In this document: positions 10,217-19,685 of the stretch, one piece after another
How the letters are laid out: the number at the start of each line of letters is the position of its first letter
How positions within the stretch are numbered: position 1 is the stretch's first letter
NCBI GenBank assembly: GCA_965223845.1
Contig: CBDCXR010000004.1
Span: forward strand, 2,368,001-2,432,000
Reading direction: 5' to 3'
Length of the DNA: 64,000 bases
DNA from: Planctomycetota bacterium
GTDB taxonomy: Bacteria > Planctomycetota > UBA8108 > SXIK01
The notes under the pieces: model-generated
What the model was told of the DNA's origin: nothing
The model's database searches: none
The model's input: the letters and a program-made list of their open reading frames with translations, nothing else
Made by a program: the position numbers and the translations under genes

Positions 10217-11215
10217 TCAGTCGGAATCTAGTCGCGAGACGCTGTCGACCGGAACGACGGTCCCGGGCGGGAGAGCGCTATTGAGGCTCCCGGAGCGGAA
10301 GCCCTCGACGTCGAGTGCGACGAAAAGGAAACCGGCGGCTTTGACCACACGCGCGACGTCCGCCCGCCGGGCGGGATCGGCGAACACCGCGAGATCCTCG
10401 GGCGGCAGTTCGACCCTCGCGACCTGCCCGTGGTGCCGCACCCGCAAAACGCGGAACCCGAGCGACCGGAGACCCGCCTCCGCACTCTCGACCTGACGCA
10501 GTTTCTCGTGGGTCACCTCGCTCCCGTAGGGGATGCGCGAAGCGAGGCACGGCGCGGCAGGCTTGTCCCAAGTCGGAAGACCGAGCGCGCGCGAATAGCG
10601 ACGAATCGCGTTCTTGTTGAGCCCACACTCGAGGAGTGGGCTCCTCACGCCGCGCTCCGATTTCGCGCGAAGTCCCGGACGATAGTCGGCGGTGTCGTCG
10701 GCGTTCGAGCCATCGAGGACGTAAGGGATTCCGCGGGAGGAGGCAAACTCTCGCACCTTGTCGAAGAGCTCGCTCTTACAGTGGTAGCAACGGTTTTCGT
10801 CGTTCTTCCGATAATTCGGGTTCGAGTACTCGTCGGTGCGCAGGATCTCGAGCGGGGCCCCCATGCTCGCCGCGAGGTCGCGGGCGGCGACGAACTCGTT
10901 TCGGTCGAGGCTCTCCGAGTGAGCGAGGACACCCGTCGCGCGGTCGCCGAGCACGGCGTGAGCCACCCGGAGGAGGAACGCGCTGTCGACTCCGCCCGAG
11001 TAGGCCACGGCGACGCGATCGAGCTCGATGAGCGCGTCGAAGAGCGCGACGAACTCGCGCTCCGCGAACACCGGATCGGCGAATCCGGCGGCGACGACGC
11101 GCGCGGGAACGCACGGGGACGTGTCAGCTTCGCCGACCGGGCCGGATTCGGCCGAGTCGTACGGGGGACGGGTGTCCCGCGCCGAAGTGAGGTTCGTTCT
11201 CGTCCGTCGCACCAT
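10217..11215 (-). CDS. larE: LarE-family ATP-dependent sulfur transferase (PP-loop)
   Basis: YSGGVDS PP-loop, NRCYHCK, DYRPG, WDKPAAPCLASRIPYG, GFRSGSLN. Start uncertain. Confidence 0.9.
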   Translation of the reverse strand: MVRRTRTNLTSARDTRPPYDSAESGPVGEADTSPCVPARVVAAGFADPVFAEREFVALFDALIELDRVAVAYSGGVDSAFLLRVAHAVLGDRATGVLAHSESLDRNEFVAARDLAASMGAPLEILRTDEYSNPNYRKNDENRCYHCKSELFDKVREFASSRGIPYVLDGSNADDTADYRPGLRAKSERGVRSPLLECGLNKNAIRRYSRALGLPTWDKPAAPCLASRIPYGSEVTHEKLRQVESAEAGLRSLGFRVLRVRHHGQVARVELPPEDLAVFADPARRADVARVVKAAGFLFVALDVEGFRSGSLNSALPPGTVVPVDSVSRLDSD

Positions 11216-11352
11216 GTGTCTAGCGTCCCGCGTGCTCAGCTCTCCGATCGAAACCGCATGATACCACGACTCGCGAGGGTTTCCGTCGGCGCCTTGTCCC
11301 ACCGCGGGGACTCGAGTTCAATGAGCGTTCGTCCCGACGGGATCGCCTCGCC

Positions 11353-12063
11353 ATGCCTTTCCTCTACACATTCGCCGCCTGTCTGATCGCTTACCTCGTC
11401 GGCAGCGTTCCGTTTGGCCTTCTGCTCGGCTTCCTTCGCGGGACCGACATCCGGCGTCACGGAAGTGGCAACATCGGCGCAACGAATCTCGCGCGGACGC
11501 TCGGGGCGCGCTGGGGCGCCGCCGCGTTCGTCCTCGATTTCGCCAAGGGCCTCGGGCCCACGCTCGCGGCGGTTTGGCTCGTCGGCTCGAACTCAGAACG
11601 ATTCTGGCTCGGCGCGAGCGGCTGGGTTCCCGTCCTCGTCGGCATCGCGGCCTTCAGCGGCCACGTGTTTCCCATCTACCTCCGGTTTCGCGGAGGGAAG
11701 GGAGTCGCCACCGCCTTCGGAGTCGTCGCGGCTCTCGCGTGGCTCCCCACCGCGATCGCGGCCGCGATTTGGGTTCTTCTCTTCGCATTGACCAGAACGG
11801 TGTCGATCGCATCGATCGTCGGAGCGGGATTTCACCCGATCGCCGTGGCCCTCCTCCGCCCGGGAGACGACGTCGGGGTGTACGTTCCGATCCAAGTCGC
11901 GAGCGTCGTCGCGGCCCTGCTCATCGTCGTTCGTCACCGAGCGAACATCGCGCGGCTGATCGCAGGGACGGAGTCGTCCTTCCGCCGCGGGCGATCGACG
12001 TCCGAGTCGCCACCGAAGTCGGGTGACGACAGCGACGCCGAAGGCGCGGAGAAGACGAAATGA
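11353..12063 (+). CDS. plsY: glycerol-3-phosphate acyltransferase PlsY
   Basis: YLVGSVPFG, DIRRHGSGNIGATN, GHVFPIYLRFRGGKGVAT, RHRANI.RL..G.E. Confidence 0.95.
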   Translation: MPFLYTFAACLIAYLVGSVPFGLLLGFLRGTDIRRHGSGNIGATNLARTLGARWGAAAFVLDFAKGLGPTLAAVWLVGSNSERFWLGASGWVPVLVGIAAFSGHVFPIYLRFRGGKGVATAFGVVAALAWLPTAIAAAIWVLLFALTRTVSIASIVGAGFHPIAVALLRPGDDVGVYVPIQVASVVAALLIVVRHRANIARLIAGTESSFRRGRSTSESPPKSGDDSDAEGAEKTK

Positions 12064-13085
12064 AGGAAGACCCGAGCACCACTCAAGATCGCCGAGCCGT
12101 GCTCGTGCTCGGCTCGGGGGCCTGGGGAACGGCGATCGCGATGCTCCTCGACGCGCGCGGACACGACGTGCGCGTATGGGGTCACGACGCAGACTACGCG
12201 GAAGATATTCAGCGCACGCGGCGAAATCCGAAGTACCTTCCGGACGTCGAGATTCCCGGCGCGATCGAGTTCAGCGGCGATGCAGCTCGACTGGCAGAAG
12301 GCGCGACGACCGTGTTCAGCGTCGTCCCGACGCAGTGTCTCACGGCGACGCTCGATTCGATCGCCGCTTCCCTGCCGGAAGAAGCCGACTACGTGTCGTG
12401 CTCGAAGGGATTCGAGATCGGATCGCTTCTTCGCCCGTCGGAAATCCTCGCGCGACGCTTCGAGCGGGCGGGGGTCGTCGTCCTCAGCGGGCCGAGCCAC
12501 GCCGAGGAAGTTTCGCGCTTCCTCCCCGCCGCACTGGTCGCCGCGGCCGACCACGCTCCGTCCGGCGAGCGTGTGCAGAGTCTTCTCACCGGGCCATCGG
12601 TTCGTGTGTACACGAGCGCGGACGTCGTCGGCGTCGAAATCGGCGGGGCGACGAAGAACGTGATCGCCATCGCGTGCGGAATCGCCGACGGCCTCGGATT
12701 CGGGATCAATACGAGGTCGGCACTGATGACGCGGGGGCTCCACGAGATTCGACGACTCGGACTCGCACTCGGCGGCGAACGCGCGAGCTTCTCGGGACTC
12801 TCGGGAATGGGGGATCTCGTCGCGACGTGCTCGAGTCGCCTGTCTCGAAACTACTCCGTCGGCGAACGGATCGGGCGCGGCGAGACGCTGGATGCAATCC
12901 TGGCCTCGACGACGAAGGTGGCCGAGGGAGTCCCGACGACGCGGTCGGTGCGGGCGTTGTCGGAGACGCGAGGGGTCGATCTCCCGATCACGCGCGAGGT
13001 GCACCGCGTGCTCTTCGAGGGTGGGACTGCGCGCTCGGCCGTCGAGGCCTTGATGGCTCGGGAGGCTCGTCCGGAGTCGGATTAG
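12060..13085 (+). CDS. gpsA: NAD(P)H-dependent glycerol-3-phosphate dehydrogenase
   Basis: GSGAWGTA, SKG, SGPSHAEEV, KNVIAIA, GLSGMGDL..TC.S..SRN. Confidence 0.96.
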   Translation: MKEDPSTTQDRRAVLVLGSGAWGTAIAMLLDARGHDVRVWGHDADYAEDIQRTRRNPKYLPDVEIPGAIEFSGDAARLAEGATTVFSVVPTQCLTATLDSIAASLPEEADYVSCSKGFEIGSLLRPSEILARRFERAGVVVLSGPSHAEEVSRFLPAALVAAADHAPSGERVQSLLTGPSVRVYTSADVVGVEIGGATKNVIAIACGIADGLGFGINTRSALMTRGLHEIRRLGLALGGERASFSGLSGMGDLVATCSSRLSRNYSVGERIGRGETLDAILASTTKVAEGVPTTRSVRALSETRGVDLPITREVHRVLFEGGTARSAVEALMAREARPESD

Positions 13086-13111
13086 GCGCGGGGAAGAGAT
13101 GGACCACGACG

Positions 13112-13963
13112 ATGAGTGAATCGCTGTCTCCCAGTTCTCGTGTCGTGCCTTGCTCTCGCGCCGCCGATGGATCTTCGGTTCTCGCCGATTCGAGCGATGT
13201 CGTCGTGGTCGAGGAGCCGCTCGAGCTCCGTGTCGACGGGCGGGCCATCGCGACGCTCATGCGGACGCCCTCTGACGATCGCGATCTCGCGCTTGGCTTC
13301 TTCTTCGGAGAAGGCTGGATCGAATCGCCGAGCGACGTCATGGCGCTCCAGATTTGCGGCTCAGCCGCGGAAGCCTCGGAAGCGAACAACGTGGTCGACC
13401 TCCGCCCGCGCCCCGGGCTCCGTCCCCCCGCAACGGGAGAGGATCGGATGGTGTCGACATCGAGCTGTGGGGTCTGCGGCAAGCGTACGATCGACGAGGT
13501 CTTCGCGCTCGCACCTCGCGCCGACTCGACGCGCCTAGACTCCCGCTCGGGCGCCCCCCTTCGCATCCCGCGCTCCTCCTTCGCGTTCTTCGCCGAGCGT
13601 CTTCGCGCCGGTCAAGAGGTGTTTGCGTCGACCGGGGCGCTTCACGGCGCGGCGCTCTTCGAGGGCGACGCGTGCCGGGTGATCCGCGAAGATGTCGGTC
13701 GCCACAACGCGGTAGACAAAGTCATCGGCTGGGCTTTTCTCAACGAGCGCCTGGCGCTCGATCGCTGCGTGCTTCAAGTGAGCGGACGGGTGAGCTTCGA
13801 GATCGTGCAGAAGGCCTACCGCGCGCGCATCCCGGTGATCTCGGCTGTCTCGGGAGTGTCCTCGCTCGCCATCGACCTCGCCGAGCGCGCGGGAATCACG
13901 CTCGTCGGGTTCCTCCGCGGAACGAGCTTCAACGTCTACTCGGGAGCCGAGCGGCTCGAGTAG
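13112..13963 (+). CDS. fdhD: formate dehydrogenase accessory sulfurtransferase
   Basis: [47 protein letters not shown]. Confidence 0.93.
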   Translation: MSESLSPSSRVVPCSRAADGSSVLADSSDVVVVEEPLELRVDGRAIATLMRTPSDDRDLALGFFFGEGWIESPSDVMALQICGSAAEASEANNVVDLRPRPGLRPPATGEDRMVSTSSCGVCGKRTIDEVFALAPRADSTRLDSRSGAPLRIPRSSFAFFAERLRAGQEVFASTGALHGAALFEGDACRVIREDVGRHNAVDKVIGWAFLNERLALDRCVLQVSGRVSFEIVQKAYRARIPVISAVSGVSSLAIDLAERAGITLVGFLRGTSFNVYSGAERLE

Positions 13964-14094
13964 TCCCGGTTGACCCTGGAACGCTTCGCACCCACCGGCC
14001 TCCTGCGGTGGCATTTCGGCCCGGCGAGAGCTATTCTCCACTTCTCGGTGCAACGTTGCCCCGAGAGAGAATCACCGCATTTCAGACGACCTCG

Positions 14095-14976
<882 letters not shown>

Positions 14977-15037
14977 ATCGCAGGCCGGGGTACCGCCCGC
15001 CGGCGGCGCGGTGCCGCGCGAGCGGGACGGCGATCGG

Positions 15038-15616
15038 ATGAAGCCCGTCGGCGTCCTCGCCCTCCAAGGATCGTTCCCGCTCCACGAGAGAGCGCTCCGC
15101 CGCCTCGGGGTCGACGTGCGCCGCGTGCGACGCGCGGCCGACCTCGAGGGTCTCCGCGGCTTGATCATTCCCGGCGGCGAGAGCACGACGATGTCGCATC
15201 TCGCGCGGGAGTACGAGCTGTTCGAACCGCTCGTCAGCGCGGCTCGGCGCGAGCTGCCGATCTTCGGCACTTGCGCCGGGGCGATCTTGCTCGCGCGCGG
15301 AGACGGTGATCCGCCCACGCTCGGCGTCGCGCCGATCGGCATCGAGCGGAACGCCTACGGCCGACAAGTCGACAGCTTCACGGCGCCCATATCGCTCTCG
15401 TTCGCCTCTCGACCGATCCACGGAGTGTTCATTCGAGCGCCTCGACTCGCGGAACCGGACGCGGGAAGCGGAGCGGAGGTCTTCGCGCGTCATGAGGGGA
15501 GCCCGGTACTTTTGCGCTGGTCGAATCTACTTTTGGGGACGTTTCATCCGGAGCTGACCGAGGATCTTCTGGTGCACAGGTACTTCCTCGGCATGTGCGG
15601 GGGCGAGGAAGAATGA
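15038..15616 (+). CDS. pdxT: pyridoxal 5'-phosphate synthase glutaminase subunit
   Basis: GVLALQG, PGGEST, GTCAG, RNAYGRQVDSF, FHPEL. Confidence 0.96.
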   Translation: MKPVGVLALQGSFPLHERALRRLGVDVRRVRRAADLEGLRGLIIPGGESTTMSHLAREYELFEPLVSAARRELPIFGTCAGAILLARGDGDPPTLGVAPIGIERNAYGRQVDSFTAPISLSFASRPIHGVFIRAPRLAEPDAGSGAEVFARHEGSPVLLRWSNLLLGTFHPELTEDLLVHRYFLGMCGGEEE

Positions 15617-15695
15617 AGAGGGAAGAGGGAAGAAAGAAGAGAGGAGTTACCACGAAGGACACGAAGGGCAGGAAGGGAAGAGGAAGGAGAGAGGG
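15617..15695 (+). repeat. purine-rich tract with 9-bp CACGAAGG(A/G) tandem units
   Basis: AC-CACGAAGGA-CACGAAGGG-CAGGAAGGG-AAGAG at 15649-15682; related inverse copy at about 35518-35552. Confidence 0.65.
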
Positions 15696-15765
15696 TAAGT
15701 AGCTGAGAGTGATGACGAGATATTAGTTTTTGGGGAATGGTTTTTGGATTTGTTGAGAGTGCGCA

Positions 15766-16749
15766 GTGACTGATTCGAGTTCTGGCGTTCGTCGCGATGT
15801 TGGGATCGCCCTCCGGGGGTTTTGCATGGGCGCGGCGGACGTCGTCCCCGGAGTCTCCGGTGGAACGATGGCGTTTATCCTCGGGATTTATGAGGAGCTC
15901 ATCGACAGTATCCGCTCGTTTGGACGGGGCGAGTTCCTGAGTGCTCTCCTCCGCGGTCGATTTCCGGCCGCGTGGCGCGCCGTGAACGGTCGCTTTCTCG
16001 TCGCGCTTGCCGCCGGGATCGGGACGGCGATCGTCGTTCTCGCGCATCTCATCGTTTCGCTCCTCGAGTCGCACGGCGTCTATGTCTGGAGCTTCTTCTT
16101 CGGGCTGATCGTAGCGTCGATCGCCGTCGTCGGCCGTCGCATCGACCGTTGGCGGCCGGCACTCCTCGGCGCACTCGCGGCGGGCACCGCTTTCGCCTAC
16201 GGGATCGTCGGTCTCGTTCCGGTGCAGACACCAGAGACGTGGTGGTTTCTCGTCGCGAGCGGAGCGATCGCGAGTTGCGCGATGATCCTCCCCGGAGTTT
16301 CCGGCGCGTTCCTCCTCGTTCTTCTCGGCAAGTACCGCTTCGTTCTCGACGCCGTGAAGACGATCGACGTCGCGACCATCGCGTGCGTCGGAATCGGCGC
16401 GACGCTCGGGATCATCACGTTCGCACAGATCCTCGGCTGGTTGTTTCGGCGCTACCACGACCTCGTCGTCACGCTCCTCGTCGGGCTGATGCTCGGAAGC
16501 CTCCGGAAAATCTGGCCGTGGAAAGAGGCTACCGAGTGGCTCCGCGACGATTCCGGGGCGATCGTCGAGATCTCCGGGGGGCAGCGCGTCCCCCTCGGCG
16601 AAACGAACGTGCTTCCGCCGATGGGCACCACCGCCGAGTGGCTCACCGTCGCCGGAGCGACGGCGCTCGCGCTTCTCGGGTGCGGGCTCGTTCTCCTCCT
16701 CGAGCGCTCCGCTCGGACCGGAGACCCGAGTGTTGCGCCGGGGAGCTGA
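15766..16749 (+). CDS. DUF368 family membrane protein
   Basis: GFCMGAADVVPGVSGGTMAFILGIYE and AMILPGVSGAFLL; multiple TM helices. Confidence 0.92.
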   Translation: MTDSSSGVRRDVGIALRGFCMGAADVVPGVSGGTMAFILGIYEELIDSIRSFGRGEFLSALLRGRFPAAWRAVNGRFLVALAAGIGTAIVVLAHLIVSLLESHGVYVWSFFFGLIVASIAVVGRRIDRWRPALLGALAAGTAFAYGIVGLVPVQTPETWWFLVASGAIASCAMILPGVSGAFLLVLLGKYRFVLDAVKTIDVATIACVGIGATLGIITFAQILGWLFRRYHDLVVTLLVGLMLGSLRKIWPWKEATEWLRDDSGAIVEISGGQRVPLGETNVLPPMGTTAEWLTVAGATALALLGCGLVLLLERSARTGDPSVAPGS

Positions 16750-16764
16750 TCTCTCGCCGACGAC

Positions 16765-17493
16765 TCAGTCGGTTCGCGGCCGGACGACGATCGCACGCGG
16801 CTCGGTCGGGCAGTACATCTGGCAGACTCCGCAGCCGGTGCAACCTTCGACTTTCACCTCGACTTCACCGCCGTAGTCGGGGATGTCGATCGCCAGCGGA
16901 CCGAGCGGGCACTTGTCGACGCAGATCTGGCAGTCTTCGCCCTGACTCCGCACGCAGAGGTGCACGTCGACCTCGGCGAGCCCCATGTCGATCTCCTCGG
17001 CGCGCACGGACTGCAGCGCACCGGTCGGACAGGCCTTCATGCAGGAGAGATCTTCGCAGACGACGCAGGCCTGAGACTCCGGCTCGATCATCGGCTTGTT
17101 CGCGCGTTCGGGCTCGGGATCGGCGACGAGCTTGATGGCGCTCACCGGGCAGGCGGCGACGCAACTCCCGCTCGAGACGCAGCGCGCGAGAAACTCGAGC
17201 TCGGGGAGCGCGCCCGGCGGTCGAAGAAGCGTCGCCCCGCTCGAGCTCGGCTCCGCGGGGACCGCTCCCGCCCCGTACGCCCCACCACCGTACGCGCCCG
17301 CCCCGTACTCGCCGCCGCTCGACGGCGGATTGTCTTCCCAGGTCTTGAACTCCGAGATCCGTTGCTCGGCGAGATCGGCGATCGGCTCGAACAGTTTCCG
17401 AAAGCCTTGGCGAAAGAACCCTCGGCGATGCACCCGGGCGCCCTCGTCTTCGCTGTCGGCGTCGTCCTGGCGCTTCAAATCTTGGTCACTCAT
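16765..17493 (-). CDS. NapG/MauM/NapF-like polyferredoxin
   Basis: LRPPGA plus four Cys clusters: CVSSGSCVAACP, CVVCEDLSCMKACP, C..S.GEDCQICVDKCP, CTGCGVCQMYCP. Confidence 0.88.
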   Translation of the reverse strand: MSDQDLKRQDDADSEDEGARVHRRGFFRQGFRKLFEPIADLAEQRISEFKTWEDNPPSSGGEYGAGAYGGGAYGAGAVPAEPSSSGATLLRPPGALPELEFLARCVSSGSCVAACPVSAIKLVADPEPERANKPMIEPESQACVVCEDLSCMKACPTGALQSVRAEEIDMGLAEVDVHLCVRSQGEDCQICVDKCPLGPLAIDIPDYGGEVEVKVEGCTGCGVCQMYCPTEPRAIVVRPRTD

Positions 17494-17794
17494 CGCGATC
17501 GATGACGGTGGTCGTCTGCGGGAGGGAAGGGCGCGGCCGGCCCGGCGAATCGCCGCCGCGCGACGCGCGGACGCGAGCATCCAGAGTGCGACTCGCGCCG
17601 CAATCGCCCTCAGTATACCAGAACCTAGCCGGCGAACGTCGACGCCGCCTCGTGCTCGACGAGGCGCTCAACCGCCGAGAGAAAGATGAAAATTCAAGCG
17701 GGTCCTGGCGGCGGCGCTCGAATTACCGTAGATCTTGCGTCGATCTCGGCCGTACCGAGCCCGGTTCTCTCACCCAAGACGGGAGTCGATCGAA

Positions 17795-19501
17795 GTGCAC
17801 GCCACCTACAGCCTGGGGCTCGATTTCGGGACGAGCAGCGTGCGGGCGCTCGTCGTTCGCCTGGCCGACGGCGCGGAAATCGGCGCCGGCCAAGGACCGT
17901 ACGCACACGGCACGGGCGGCGTGATCGGCGACCCGCGGGATCCGAACTTCGCGCGACAAGACCCTCGCGACTATTTCGACTCGCTCGTCACCGCCGTCAC
18001 CGCGGCGGTCGAAGAGGCGCGCGAGGACGCAGAGTTCGTCACCGGCAGAATCGTCGGAATCGGGATCGACAGCACGGCGAGCACGCCGATCCCCGTCGAC
18101 GACGAGATGCTTCCACTCGCCGCCCGGCCGGAGTGGGAAGACCACCCCGACGCCCTCGCGTGGCTGTGGAAGGACCACACCGCGCACGCCGAGGCCGCGC
18201 GGATTACGGCGCGAGCGCTCGAGCTCCGGCCCGAGTACCTCACCAAATGCGGGGGGACGTACTCGAGCGAGTGGTACTGGGCGAAGCTCCTCCATGCGCT
18301 CGAGCGAGCGCCGGAAGTCCTCGCCGCCACCGCGGGCTGGATCGAGCAGGGCGACTACATCGCCGCGCGACTCACGGGCGTCTCGCGCGTCGAGAACGTC
18401 ACCGTCAATTCGTGCGCCGCGGGACACAAGGCGCTCTATCACTCATTATGGGGATTCCCCGACGAAGACTTCCTCCGCGCCGTCGATCCGCGGCTCGGCG
18501 ATTGGACGAGACGCCACCCGCTCCCTCGTCCCCGGCCGGCCGGGACTCAAGTCGGCGGCCTCGCCGCGGATTGGGCGCAGCGGCTCGCACTCGAACCCGG
18601 AATCCCGGTATCGGCCGCCGCAATCGACGCGCACGTCGGAGCCGTCGGTGCCGGCGTCCGACCGGGCGTTCTCGTCAAGATCCTCGGGACGAGCGGCTGC
18701 GACATGGCCGTCCATCCGGCAGCGGAACCGCTCGGTGACATCCCGGGTCTCTGCGGCATCGCCGAGGAGTCCATCCTCCCCGGACACTGGGGACTCGAAG
18801 CGGGCCAGTCGGCGCTCGGTGACCTCTTCGGCTGGTTCGAGCGTCAGTTTGGGGCGCCCGCCGGATTGACTCACGCGGAGCTCACTCGTCGGGCCGATCG
18901 ATTTCGCCCCGGCGAGACGGGACTCCTCGCGCTCGACTGGAACAACGGCAACCGCACGGTGCTCGCCGACCCGCGCCTGACGGGTCTTCTCGTCGGCCAG
19001 ACGCTTTTGACGCCGCCCGAGGCGATCTACCGCGCACTCATCGAAGCGACCGGGTTCGGCGCGCGCGTGATCCTGGACCGGTTCGAAGAGTTCGGCGTCC
19101 CGATCGAGGAGATCGTCGTTTGCGGCGGGATCGCCGAGAAGAGTCCGTTTCTGCTCCAAACCTACGCCGACATCACGGGACGCGCGATCGCCGTGTCCCG
19201 GTCGCGCCAGACCTGCGCCCTCGGCGCGGCGATCTTCGGCGCCGTCGCGGGGGGAACGGACCGCGGGGGACACGCCTCCGTCGAAGCGGCGCAGCGCGCG
19301 ATGACCGGCCGAAAACCCGAGGTGTACCGTCCGCGCACCGACGCGAACTCGGTCTACTCCGAGCTCTACCGACTTTATCGACGGCTCCACGACGCGTTCG
19401 GCGGAGTCACGAGCGGGAACGCGTCGACAAAGAACGATGGCTTGGGATCCGTGATGAAGGATCTCATCCGGCTCCGGGAAGAGTCGACGGCCCCGCGTTG
19501 A
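17795..19501 (+). CDS. araB: ribulokinase (FGGY family)
   Basis: LGLDFGT.SVRA, GIDSTAST, LWKDHTA, YSSEWYWAK, DAH.GAVG, ALDWNNGNRT. Confidence 0.92.
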   Translation: MHATYSLGLDFGTSSVRALVVRLADGAEIGAGQGPYAHGTGGVIGDPRDPNFARQDPRDYFDSLVTAVTAAVEEAREDAEFVTGRIVGIGIDSTASTPIPVDDEMLPLAARPEWEDHPDALAWLWKDHTAHAEAARITARALELRPEYLTKCGGTYSSEWYWAKLLHALERAPEVLAATAGWIEQGDYIAARLTGVSRVENVTVNSCAAGHKALYHSLWGFPDEDFLRAVDPRLGDWTRRHPLPRPRPAGTQVGGLAADWAQRLALEPGIPVSAAAIDAHVGAVGAGVRPGVLVKILGTSGCDMAVHPAAEPLGDIPGLCGIAEESILPGHWGLEAGQSALGDLFGWFERQFGAPAGLTHAELTRRADRFRPGETGLLALDWNNGNRTVLADPRLTGLLVGQTLLTPPEAIYRALIEATGFGARVILDRFEEFGVPIEEIVVCGGIAEKSPFLLQTYADITGRAIAVSRSRQTCALGAAIFGAVAGGTDRGGHASVEAAQRAMTGRKPEVYRPRTDANSVYSELYRLYRRLHDAFGGVTSGNASTKNDGLGSVMKDLIRLREESTAPR

Positions 19502-19571
19502 GCGGCTCCTTCCCGGCGGACTCAGCCACGCGGAGACGCCGAAAGCGGCGCGGCGCCTTGCCCCCGGAGCT

Positions 19572-19600
19572 TTGCGCGCCGGATACCGCCGTGCTAAGAT
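19572..19600 (+). promoter_or_regulatory. putative sigma70 promoter of the S41 peptidase gene
   Basis: TTGCGC-17 nt-TAAGAT, with extended TG (TGCTAAGAT). Confidence 0.5.
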
Positions 19601-19685
19601 CCACGTATCCTATCCTGGACAAGCGACTTACGTACGAGTCGATCCGACCCGTACCGAGGAGAGAACCCAGCGGAGACAACCCAGT

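Noticed and set aside
12023-13111. Apparent long N-terminal extension of FdhD (646-aa ORF); likewise for PdxS, LysA, the sulfotransferase and Wzt
   Set aside because: The extensions are Arg-rich nonsense overlapping neighbouring genes or promoters; downstream starts give normal lengths.
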